Positions 1 through 12,400 of a stretch of DNA of 57,318 bases are shown piece by piece (the first letter of the stretch is position 1; each line of letters opens with the position of its first letter). The notes under the pieces were generated by a model, which worked only from the letters and a program-made list of their open reading frames with translations, was not told the DNA's origin and made no database searches. The stretch spans positions 1 through 57,318 of the forward strand of contig NW_024705274.1 in NCBI RefSeq assembly GCF_018977255.1. Reading direction: 5' to 3'. Source of the stretch: Callorhinchus milii. Lineage: Eukaryota. Both the position numbers and the translations under genes were made by a program.

Positions 1-18
1 TAGCTCAGGCAGAATGTG

Positions 19-322
19 AGGGTCAGGGTAAGAGTCGTGTTTAGGTTTGGGTTGGGTTGGGGTCCGAGTCAGTGTCGGGGTAAGGGCTGGGTCAGGATCG
101 GTGTCAGGATCAAGGTAGAGGTTGAGGTCAGGATGAGTGTTGGGGTCAGGATAAGGGTTGGGTTGGGGTCAGGATAGGTGTCAGGGTAAGGGAAAGATTT
201 GGGGTCAGGATTGGTGTCATGGTCAGGGAAAGGATTGGGGTCAGGATCGGTGATAGGGTAAGGAATCAGTGTCTCGATACGGAAAAAGGTTGGAGTCAGG
301 GTACAGGTTGGGGTCAGGGTTA
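19..322. repeat. Degenerate hexamer tandem array (GGGTCA/GGGTTA/GGATCA-like), resembling telomere variant repeats
   Basis: Clear 6-nt periodicity: gggtca gggtaa ... ggggtc aggata ggtgtc agggta ... gggtca gggtta. Confidence 0.8.
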
Positions 323-350
323 CAGCACGAGCGCGAGCGAGCGGCGATAC

Positions 351-470
351 CTCCTCGTTGTCGGCGGAAGCTGCAGCCGGCCGTCCCTGCTGCGCCAAGT
401 TCCCGTACTCCGTGGTGAGCTGGCTGGCCAGCGATCCCAGATCCTCTGGCCGGCTCGAGGACTTGCTCAC
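351..470 (-). CDS. TLN2: talin exon (R10) VSKSSSRPEDLGSLASQLTTEYGNLAQQGRPAAASADNEE
   Basis: cag| ... |gtatcg; 120 nt. Confidence 0.92.
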
Positions 471-3400
471 CTGGTGGAGAGCAGCAGGAATGTGTCACAA
501 TGATGGCGAGCGCAACAAACCACCCCACACCCACAGGCCGGTAAAGTCAACCGTGTCAGTTTCTCAAACGCTGCGTCGGGTTTTGATATGTTGCACGTCA
601 GTTTTTTTTAGATACCCACAAAGTTTAGACATCGTCATTGTACATTTTTTCATGTTCCAAGTACATTTTGAGATTGCGTAAAATTTTAAGAAAAGCCCTT
701 TTAAAATGTTTCGGTATACTGCGTGGTTTTACTTTTTTTTATTATAAAAGTATCGATGTTTCAGATTAAATACCATCAAACATGATAATATTTGTGTACA
801 TTTTTGAGAAAACTCGTGTGTGAATCTGCGTGCATTTCCCACCATCTCCTGCGCCGTGACGGCAATGGCCTTGGCCGTCTTCACCATGGTCGTTTGGTAA
901 TCCACAAACGAGTACTGGGCGCCGGGGGCGTCCCTCGTCCATCTACAAGCGCCACCGGAGACAACCCCAACCCGCACATCACATCCGCATCATACAGGAC
1001 CAATCAACAACACGAGATTTCCCATAAAGCCCTCGTCTACATTGGCGGAAAGAAACCTTGCATGCCCCGGCTTCCTCTGGCATCGAGCAAGTGGAAGGCG
1101 CGAGTGTCGGGTGGAAGAGGGCGGCGCTCACCTTGCCGATGGCCTGTGAGATGGCATCCACCATCCCGCTGACATGCCCAGCTCGCTCGCCGTCTCGTTC
1201 AGCGTGGCCGTCAGGTCGTCCACGGCCTCGCGCATCATCTGGCTCGCCTCCTGGATCGCCTCGTGGGCATTCAACGCCTGTGCCAGCCGGGCGGATGATT
1301 AAAGACGGAGACAATCGATGACGCATTGCCGTGACCTGGTTTACCAATCCGAGTGTAAGCCACACGCCCCTAACTGACCCGAGTCTTCAAGTGTAGCAGG
1401 TTGGTTAATAGCCCAAGTCTAGTCCAGTGACAACTGCACATTCATCTCAGGGATGCTAAAAATGGGAATGTACTTGGGGTTCCTCCAGCCTCCTTGGCTG
1501 CATAGAGCAGCTGCAGCGCTGACTCCGCCAGGGTCTTCGTCTGGTCCAGGAGGTTCATCTGCTGCTGGTGGCTCAAGGACTTGGAGGCCATGCCCACCGG
1601 GCGAAAACCAACGGGTCAAAGTAGCTCGCCATCTGGGACACCTGCGCGGCATCCGACGACGATGAAGGGGGAGCGGTGGGGGGGGTGTTAGGTAGTGGCA
1701 GGGGGGGGGGGGATTGGGGGTGGGGGTGGTGAGTCAGAAATCTTTGTTTAATTAACAGATGGATGTCCTGAAAAAACATGATAATCCACAAAATCTCACT
1801 GTCCAGGAAGCAGGCTTCTTTGAGAATAGGCGGATTAAGAAAGTAACAGAAGCGAATTGTTGAGTTCATTGCTTGGCCACCTGTGGGGTGATGATACGAA
1901 GCTAACACTGCTGGATTGTTTTTTCCACCTGAGGACAAACGGTTGTGTTGCGATCGAAACGTCGTGATATATTATTCTTTGTTATATTTTTTTCTACCTA
2001 CGTGACTTTACCGAAAGAACCAAAGAGTATACTAACACAGGTTGTAATAAAAAAAATATCGGTGCGGTATCAAGTTTTTTTCCAGGGTACGATTTCGAAG
2101 GGCACACAGCAAGCGGTACCTTGTGCCCGAGCTGCGAGGCCTCCCCTCGCGCCACCGTGGCCACGGGGTCGATGGTGTTGCTGATCTGCTGCACGGTCGA
2201 GATGAGCTGCTCCTGCAGGCCCTGCACGCGTCGAGACGACCGCCGACCACCGAACTCCGTCACGCACGCATCTCCCCAACGGGATAGCAAACACTCGTTG
2301 AGTGCTCAAAATAGTCCTGTCGTGCGGCACAGGAGCCGCTGCGGAACTGTCTCGCAATTAAGTCGAATCAGCTCGCCAAGCCTCTGTGCAATGCCACCCC
2401 TCTTCGTATGACAAAAGGCCACACGCAGAAACATCACTTGTGCCACTTACATGGAAAATGATGTCCAAGGGTTGGCAGTAGCACACAAATGATCTCGCCA
2501 CGTTTGTCATTAAAAACACTGCCAACGACGAACACGATGATGGGCTAACATTTTCCACAAAGGTGCACGGCAACGTTTTAAGACATAATACTTATCGCAA
2601 GTGTAACCTCATAATATGAGCTGTCAATATTTGTTGATGGGTGGGATGAGTGTACAGGATGGAGTAGCGCAGGTCACCGGAAGGGCAGTTTAGGTGGCAC
2701 CCAGCGGTTGGCGACTATGGGAAGCCAGAGGGTGGCAGCGGTGGTGGTGGTGGTGAGATGCACCATGAAGGTCCGGTATAGACTTCAAAACAACTTAAAG
2801 CTTTAGTGGAAAGCGATGATGAGGTGTGGTGGCATCAACGGCGCGTGTCATGATGACTTCTCACCTTTACCTATTAAAAAAGCAATGCTATGGTTCAAAA
2901 ATGTTTTTTTTTACGATGACGGGTGGCGTTTGCGGGATGGCTGTGCAGGACCCCACCTCAACAGAGACGCCCTCGCGCGGGGCGAGGCTCTGACTGGCGG
3001 CCGCCAGGCCGGCCTGGTCCAGCTCGCGGAGGCAGTCGTCGAGCACGGCGATGGCCTTGTCGCACTCCTTCTGCCCGGGGCGCCATCCCTGCCCGCCAAG
3101 TGACAACACAGAACGCACGGTGAGTGCCGGACACTCAGGAACGTGACGATGTGAACAGTATGGCGGTGGCGGAGATGCAAATCGAGCGCGCGGAGGGCAG
3201 CACCTGATGGAGGTGATGAGCTTCTTGATGGAGTCGGACACGGAGCGGGAATGGCCGGCCAGCTTGGACCAGGTCGGTGGGTCTTGGGGCTTACGGCAAG
3301 CGAGCGCGCCGTGCCGATCAGTGCTGACGAGCTGTCCAGCATCGTCTTGCCGGCAGCCACAATGGGTTCTTGAGCACGGCGACCCTGAGAGGTGGGGGTG

Positions 3401-6400
3401 GTGGTGTCAAGTGGTGAATGCGTGGGGGCGGCAGTCGGACATTAGCACTCCACGGCAGAAAACACTTCTCTTTATAACGTTTTGGGATTGTTACGGAGCA
3501 TCTCATTGCCAGGTCACAGAAAATATTATTTAAAATTGGTTAATTAGTTCAATGGACGTTGGGGCAAGGACTGTTAGCAAGATGCTCTTGAGGCTGGTAT
3601 GGGCCATGAGAGGTTGGGTGAGGATGGCATATAAAACACTCGGGACTCAATTTAAGGCTGAGTCGACTATTGGAGGTCCAGAACACGTTCTGATAGTAAC
3701 TGCCACTCTGCTAGATGCAAATGCAACAGAAAAAAAAAATGCTCTTTTTGTGGAGATATGCGTGGAGCTGTGTGCTAGGTTAGCTGACATGAGGTTGAAA
3801 GTTGTTTATCAATTTAAAGCTTTCGTGACTGCAGGGATTCATCTTCTTGGTTCTTTCGGTAAAGTCACGTAGAAGGAAAATAATAAAATAATAAAAATAA
3901 AACATAATAAAATAATTCTCACGACGTTTCGGCCACAACGCAAGCAGCCGTCTTCAGGTGGAGAACAGGTCTGTCGAGAAGGACAGAGTCTGTTCTCCAC
4001 CTAAGACGGCTGCTTGCGTTGTGGCCGAAACGTCGTGAGAATTATTTTATTATGTTTTATTTTATTTTTTATTATTTCCCTTCTACGTGACTTTACCGAA
4101 AGAACCAAGAAGACGCAGTAAATTATGCTATTATTTAATTTATTATTTTATCTTTAGACGTGACTTAACCGAAAGAACCAAAGAACAAGCAAGTGTTGTT
4201 GCACATCTTTTGCACCTCCGATTAGCACGGGCGTCTACGTACGGTGCGAAAGAAGTTATACATATTTTTATTATTTTATTATTTTCCTTCTACGTGACTT
4301 TACCGAAAGAACCAAGAAGACGAGTGATTCTTCACATTAGAACGCTAAAACATTTCGGTTAAATTATGCTCGGTGTCATCACACCAATTCCACATTCATA
4401 AAAGTTTGGCAAAGTATCTAAAACAGGTTTTCCAAGTTTACACAAGATGTCCGACTTGTGTAATCAACGCGAGTGATGTTTATTTTGTAACCATAAAAGG
4501 TCTCCGTTTTATCACCTTTGTGAGGAAAAAAGCCGCCTGTAAAAAATCAACCCCCCCACCCCCAACTCACACCCCAGTGATTGAATGATTCGGCCTTACG
4601 ATTCTATTGGTCTTGTTTTTTCTGTCTCGTGTCTATTTTTCATTTGTACAGTTTTGTTTACTCCATTCATCTATGTGTAATATTACCAAATCGTTTGGAC
4701 GACTCTTAAATAATAGATTCTCGCTCGCACGACTTGACACTGGTATTATAACCATGAGAATACATTTTAAATGCTGAACCGATGTATTGTTACAAGCCCA
4801 AGTGACAACCCTTCGCTCTGTGTGCCCATCAAACACGCGACATTCTTTAAAGCACTCCCATCCCACGCCTGTGAATTCCAACACCTGTATATCATCGGCA
4901 CCGTCTTGTCAGCGGCAAAGTCGATGCTGCTTCCGGGAGGGCACCGAGCGCCGCTTTAAAACCGCGGTGCCGCGTTTCGCAGACGCAGAAGGCCGGGGGG
5001 GAGAAAGCGTTCACCTCTTCGCTGATGGACGCGGGATGCTGGAGAACTCGGGGTTGGAGGCGAACGTCGTCAAGTTCTCCACGGCCTCGATGAGCGGCAC
5101 CGTGGAGGCACGGCACTTCTCCCGGTTCCCGTCCGAGAAATCTCCGTCCAGTGCCTGCGAGGTTACGAGAGGTCGATTCAGAGCCCTGGCCTCTCGAGTC
5201 ATGGCGCCGAGGCGGCAGACGAGTGTGGAAGGCAGGCGGCCCGCAGCAGGTCGCACCGCACACACGCACCTTGATGGTCTTGACGAGGTTGGCAGTGCTG
5301 TTGGCCACCTCCTTTGCCGACTGCACAAAGTGCCGCTTGGCCACGGGGTTGGAGGTCTTGGACGATGCCAGGCGGCAGGCGTTGCACAGCGCCGACGTGT
5401 GTTTCGCCACGATGGTAGCCGCCGACAGCACCTGCACGCGTGCGGCCATGGTCAACGTGTGTGGCCACGATTAGCTTAGGCCCGTGTCTACCAAGCCTAA
5501 CGTGACCGTGGGCACTGGCCAGAAACGTCACAACCAACGGCGTGTTTTGCTTTGTGTACAAAACGACGCAGAAATAGGTGATGGCCTAAGAATGTCATTA
5601 GTTCAATTGATTACGTAATGTACTTTATCTAAAGTAAAAGTCCTTTAAACTAGTCATCTCTTTTTCTATGGAGACGTGGGTGAAACATATCAACCAAGTA
5701 ACCATGTAATATATAATTAACGGTACCATTAAATTCAAACCTTGCACACAAAAAACAGACAACAAGTTGTACCCATCACACCACACTTGCTTCCCAACAA
5801 ATGTTGGCACACAGCTTTGACACATGTTGGTGGGTGGCACTGTGTTATTGTGTTAAATACATTACTGTACATTGTGTTTAATTTATTTATTATTCTCACT
5901 GTGGTTGGTGATTGAGCAGCAGCTGGGCTGGAGGGTGGCTGTGGTGGTTAAATCAAAGATCCCCCTTTTAGCCTGAAATAATTTAGGGGGGGCAAGTGCT
6001 GTTAACGAGCACCGATGAAGGATGGCACGAAACACGAGGCTGTGGGGTGGTCAGCACCACACCTGACCACCTTTGACTTCCTCGTGGCAATTTTGACACA
6101 CTACACCAGGTACTCATTTGAGGCTGAGTAACCTAGGGGAGGCCAAGAACGGTTCAGATAATCGTCACTGATATTGACCACAAGCGGGAATCGAACTCGG
6201 GTCGCCAGGTTCGTAGAACAGCAAGCTAACCACTACACTACCGCTCCTCACAAAAGAGAAAGATCCCCTGGACAGCCTTTACAGACTGTAGGGGCATTGC
6301 TGCTGGTGATCACTTATGAAGGCCAACACGGCACATGCGGGGTGTGTCGCCAGCGCCATCCCTGGCCGCCTTGTCTCACTAGTGGCAACGTAATCACACC

Positions 6401-9400
6401 ACTCCAGGTACTAATTTGGGGCTGAGTCTACCTAGGGGAGGCCCGGACCAGTTCAGATACTCGTCACTTGTTTTGACCGTAAGTAGGAATCGAACCCGGG
6501 TCGCCTGCTACGAACCGCTACACTACCGCTCCTCACACCACACACACACGCGCACAAACACAATGGCGGGCCACTTACCTGAGACTGGTTGCTGGCGGGG
6601 TCCACCAGGTTCTGGCAGGCCATCTGGATGGCCTGGTTGGCGCGGGCAAACTGGCCCGGGTCCACAAGGCCCGGTTGTCCCGCCTGGCTGTTGGGGTCGG
6701 ACACGCCGACGAGGTACGCGGACTGCGGAGCAGAAGCAACATTCACTCAGCGATCGGGGGTAGGATGAATGGGTGGGGGGGAGATGGTTTGTGGCTTCTG
6801 GTAGACTTCACGAGTAGAAAATGGCAAATAGTTGAGAAAAAGTATTTAGACGTGTTCAAAATGAAGTTTAATGTCACAGTGAAATCTGAAGATGCAATGG
6901 CAAGTATACGAGATATTGGACAAAGTAGACCTCACTTATCCTCAAGACTTTTAAAGTTGGTTCTGCTTGCCACCTACAAACAAATTCCTTTTTGCATGTT
7001 TCTAATCTAGAGGAAATAAAATACCTCAGAGAAAACCCATCGTATATACGAAAATATAACACAAACTCAGGTGCAGAGATGAATTGCCAGAAGCAGCGGT
7101 GATGATAATGATAATTATGATAGTTATATTGTTGATTCAATATTCGTAGTGGTGCAAGCTTCACGGAGGAGTCACCTGTGAAGCGGCCTCTGTGAGCCCA
7201 CAGAGGGCCTTGGAGGCCGAGCTGATGGCCTCCCAAATGCAGGCAGGTTGCTCGTCTTAGCGTTCTGAGAGACTCCCTGCATGGCCTCACCCAGAACCTG
7301 CCGTGGGACGAGCAGCCGCAGACACCACCACCACCACATCAAGGATAGAACCACTTTCAAGGCATGGCTTTACCGACAGGTTAAACGAAAATGTTTTAAA
7401 CAAGTGAGACGATTCCACACCTTGGAATTTTCCATCAAACTGTCGATGCACTCGAAGTAAGAGAGGTCGTTGACAGGCTCGCTTGGGTTGTCCAGCATGC
7501 CCTTGACCGTCTGAAACACATCCATTGCGCGGTCTCTCAACGACGACGACAACAAAAACACACGTTCAAAGCTCATCGCTCGTGTCGCAAACAAAATTAT
7601 GAGTGAACTGTGTGGTGACGGGCACTGCGAGGTTGACGCACACACGCACCGTCAAGTTACAAGCCTAGGCTGCAATTCACGGTTTGCTGAGCACAGGCCC
7701 AAAGGTGCCAAATGGCAAGTGGCCAAGAAATAAAGAGCACAATTTAAGTTGTCATAGATAACAGTTAATGTACCTTGAATTGAGCAAGGTTATACGAACT
7801 CAGGAATAGAGATGATGGGAGGGTACGCCTCCCAATTCGAGGAGTGCGAGGAAAGAAGCAGATAGAGGAGTGACCAGCCGCATGGTAGTTGAACACGGTG
7901 TGTCTAAGGACGCAACAGACTCTTATAGGTGGAAATATCGGGGTGGTGGGGTGGGAGTGAACTAAATAGGAATAGCAACCACAGTAGCGGTGGTGACAGA
8001 AGATTATTTAGATTATTTGGCTGCTCTAAATTTCCATTTGATGAGCCACTTTGTTGAGCTATCATTTGTGGCAAGGTCGTTTCTGAAAAAGAAGCTAATA
8101 GCTCAGTGGGCTTTACCTGGAAATATAAAAGTAAGTTTAGTTTATTTGTATATTTGAGTGATTTGCCGCACAGGGCGGCGGTCCATACCTCGAGTTCGCG
8201 CAGGGCGTTGTCGCACTCGTTCTGGCCCGGTGCCTGCTGCGTGCACATGGTGATCAGCTGGTTGATGCTGTCCGTCACAGCACTGCGCAAAAAAACAAGG
8301 CATCGCACGGCAGCCGTTGTGAGACATATATACGTATGTAGGCATGATGACCGGAGTTTTGCGTGACGATTTACAGTCCTTGACGAGATCAGCAAGGTCA
8401 GCACTTGGTGTGTAATGAGTGCGACACGGGGGAAACCCGTACTCGCTCGTACACGGTTAAATGATGTCACCGTTTGGTGCATATTCTTGTTAACGTAGCC
8501 ATGCATTTACATATATAGTGTTGGATTTACTTTTAATTGGATGCTGCCTCTCTCTTTATTGCTGTGCTCATTCTAAGGAAGGCACTGATTAATTGAGTGC
8601 CTTCGTAGGCACTCAATAAATACACACAATCTCCAACGGTTAACTTCCATTTATGTGCCAGTTTTCCATGCCTATGTCTGGGTCAATTGGCCCTTACTTG
8701 GTTTAAATAAGTCTAGGTAACACTACTATAATTAATATGTAACGAGTGTTTGTTATACTCTGCATCCTCATATGGATATAAGGTTGGAAAGATGAATCAC
8801 CAACCTAAAGTTTAGTGTCACATCGTTACTTTTAATTTCCTCTCACATAGCTTTAAGCAGCTCTTCAAGCATTACGTTTTCATACGCTCAGTAAATTAGG
8901 CAATGTGTCTATTAGTAATAAACAAATATATAGTGCATGGACAGGCAGTCTTTTGGGTCTTCTAGCAGCATTTATTTAAACTCTAGATTGGTTTGAACGT
9001 CAGAGTCTCATCAGCATCAAATACGTTTAATTTAAACTGGAGTTATCTGCTGTCTGTTTAATACGTACATTTATTTTCCATGCACCTCAACAGCAGCGCA
9101 TTGAGAATCGTTAATTACCGTTGGGATGATTAGTCGCTGAAGTTGCTTATCGACTACTTTTTTGTGTTCGACAACTCGGGGCCCGTTAAAAAATGGCGGT
9201 CACCGCAACATCTTGCCTCTCGAAGGCAGGAAACCCCCTGCAAGTCACGGCGTGATGTGGCTGATGACGCCACTGACACTGCCCAGCCCGCCAATCACCT
9301 CCCATCAAAGCGACACGCGTGGAAACGGGGTGACATGTTTTTGCCGCAACTATTTTCTGCTATCCGATGAATCCAGTAATTGAACCGATGACAGGTAGAG

Positions 9401-12400
9401 AATTTGATTACTTAAATAATTGGATATCCCAGCTCTATTTTTAGTAACCGAGTGAAACGTGGACAGGTCACGGTAGCTGCGCACCGTGCAGCAGCTGCCA
9501 GCTGGTTCTTGGCGTTCGGGGCGTTGGGGTCGACGCAGAGGGCCTTGGCTGCCAGCAGCAGCTTGGACGACGACATGGAGATACTCTTCAGGTTGCCCAC
9601 CACCTGCACTTGGTCCTCCTTCGTCTGTGCGTCAGCATGAGAGACGAAGGCCCACACAAACCCCAATCGGCACGAGTACTTTAGCTTGCAAGCCATGTTT
9701 TACAAAGGCCGATTGTCCATTGCCACAACCACTTTCATTAACGCTATGAATGTTCCCGCAAATTTTTCCTTTTGCAAAATATATTTTGGTTAAATCACCA
9801 TCACAAGCCTTGTAAGGCCTAATAAACAACAAAAGCCTTTGACTAGTCCACTCTAGTCACACAAGCCTTGGCCTCGTGTGGGCATTTAGCATCGTCACCG
9901 AGTAAGATACAAGAACCTCACTGCATTCGCCGACAAGCAGCACGGCTATGTGGGGGCAATACGCACCTTTGCCTGCCCGGCCATGTCGATTCCGGCATCC
10001 AAGAAGCGCGAGAAGTCGTTGCCGAACTTGCGCGAGGCGGAGGAGAGCTCCTGGCTGGAGCCGCGCGAGGCCTGCACCAGCTCGCTGGCCGACAGGTTGA
10101 GCCCAGCCGCCGCGTCGTTCAGGTTGCCCTGCGCCTCCTGGAAACTGCTGCCGCTGCGCGGGATCTGGCAGCAACAACGACGACGACGACGACAACGACA
10201 CCGGTCAACGGTTAATAAAACAACGGTGCGGACGGAGGCACCATCAACGTCCAAAGGCTCGGAGAAGAGACTGCGGTCAAACAGTAAAGGGAACACCGTA
10301 ACAGGGTCCACATGCATTACGGAGCATTAATTTTACATGCATTCGCAATAAATCTCGACTCGCTGCTACGGTAATGTGTGCCCTAATAAAAAAATAAATC
10401 AATGACCGTAAATGTGAAGCACGTTACATTTTTTTGACTGTCAAACGAACCCTAGAAGATTATAGCAAATAACGTCGCAATTTGATCCAGAAGGTTGCGC
10501 GAAGGTGATTTTTGCTCACCGTGTCGGACAGCAGCTTCTTGCTCTGGTCGGCGAGGCTACGCAGAGCCGTGTCGACGTCCTGCTGCCCAGGCAGGCAGCC
10601 TACGCACTTGCCCAGCGCGCCAGACACCGCCTTGGCCACCTGTGCCCCCAGGCCCCACGGGAACACACACACAAGCCCGTTCGTCCAATAAGATTCCAGA
10701 AAGAGGCTGGAGGGGTGGAAGGAAGGACAGTGGTTGAGGAGCTACGGGCGTTGGCCCACTCCTCTGAACCAATGCTCCCTCCCACTACTCTGGGAAACGT
10801 GCCGTTTTCTCAAGCTACCCTGCTGTCAAGCTCTGCACAATTTACAGTTTACAACTCCTATGTATACGGCATTACACTAGCGTACACTTGGGGCTTCCTA
10901 ATGGTTACACGCTGACACTGGGAAATCTAAAGCATTTCCACAATGAGACAATGATTCTGTGATAGATAAGAAATCTTCCTATTTTCAATCCACTCTTTTG
11001 AATCACGCATAACACGGCCAATCTCACGCATTAGCTCTCTCGTAATGGGAGCGCTCGGACAATCAGTTGGTGTGGCGTCAATTCTTCCATGCTGCCCCCA
11101 AAGTCAAGAGAAATCTCCTCATATCGTCCACCTCCCAAATTCTTCCCTCTTTCTAAATCCAGACTACACATTTAATTTTCCTTAACTGCTAAGATACATT
11201 GTTGACTGGTGAACACATACACAACGAACACATAGCGGCAAACAAATTGTTGGAAAGATATCTCTCCCATGGACCGCATGCATACGGCTAAAAAACATTC
11301 TGGAGAAGCCTATCTAATTTGAACCATTACTGTATAAACATGCGTACACTAACACGTGCTATTTCATGTTCGTGCTCTCTCTCTCTTTGTCGAGCACTTC
11401 AAGCGTCGGACCTGGGCCAGCCTCTGCTGGTTGATGGGGTCCCCGGGCCGCACCACGGCCTTCTTCGCCTCCTGGATGAAGAGCGACGCCTTGTCCATGA
11501 GGTCGCGCGCAGACTCCAGCACGGCCTCCTGCGTCGGCTTGTCGGCCGAGTTGGCGGCCAGGCCTCGCGCCGCCGCCGCCAGCTGCTTGAGGGCCTGCGC
11601 CGTGTCGCGCGCCGCGATGCCTGCGTCGGGGATTCACACGCGTGCCGGGGACGAGGCGCTCGCGGGTGCACACGGAGCGCCGAAAGCAACGCGGCACGGC
11701 CAGGCTGCGAGCGGGTGGCGGAGCAAGAATTTTTGTTGAACCGTGTCCGACACACGCGAATCCGGGCGCGTCGCGGTCTCATCGTGCGATGGGAGCGTGC
11801 GGGTGAGGTGACCGCACCTGTGTAGTTCTCGTTGCCCTGGGAAGCTGCCGTCATCACCTGTGCCATGGAGGAGCCCACCGTCTTGGAGGTGGCTCCCAGG
11901 TCCTGCGCACACTTCTCCAGCTTTGGAGAAAAACAGAACAAATTAAGGGACGGGGAAACAAGTACACCGATGCTGTTGCACTGCTGGTGCAGAGGTGCGA
12001 GGCTTCATGGTAAAAATGTGATTAGGATGCCTTTTCCGCGAGAGATTTTTCTGCATCACCCAACCATTCTCTGCAAGGAATATATGCTAATAATCATGAA
12101 TATGAAGTTACGTTGGCACCGCCCATGACAGAGACAAACATATAAGCAAGCAATAAGAGTTAATGAATGTGATATGGTTACAATTTTTGTAAGCCTATTA
12201 CTAGTTCTCGCTTAATACTGGTAACTGTGAAAGGTAGAAATGTCTCAATTACTACTGAATGATGTTGCCCTGGTAATGGTTTTGATATTAAATTAAACTC
12301 CAGCTATGATTTGAGTTTTCTTTGGGTCTTTCGGTAAAGTCACATAGATAGGTTCAAAGAAAATAACAAAAAAACTAGTAGAATATGAATAGAATATGGA

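Noticed and set aside
69-350. Pro/Asp/Thr-repeat extension of the 133-aa ORF
   Set aside because: Read-through past the donor at 351 into the hexamer repeat; only 351-470 is talin exon.
4083-4321. CRISPR-like repeated ~29-mer with spacers
   Set aside because: Only three irregular, diverged copies in a eukaryotic intron with no cas genes; they are pieces of the pLTR-like repeat.
4787-5479. 230-aa plus-strand ORF, the longest in the window
   Set aside because: Antisense shadow of two GC-rich talin exons; no recognisable protein.
6175-6252. Possible tRNA gene
   Set aside because: Has A and B boxes but no convincing acceptor stem, and continues into a body shared with other copies, so it is a SINE head.
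843-7297. Talin pseudogene call
   Set aside because: Lesions can all be explained as 1-nt deletions, mostly in short runs, are positionally clustered, and come with no nonsense substitutions; sequencing error is more parsimonious, though not proven.
7904-8506. 200-aa minus-strand ORF
   Set aside because: Only the 94-nt exon 8189-8282 is talin; the rest is intron and SINE read-through.
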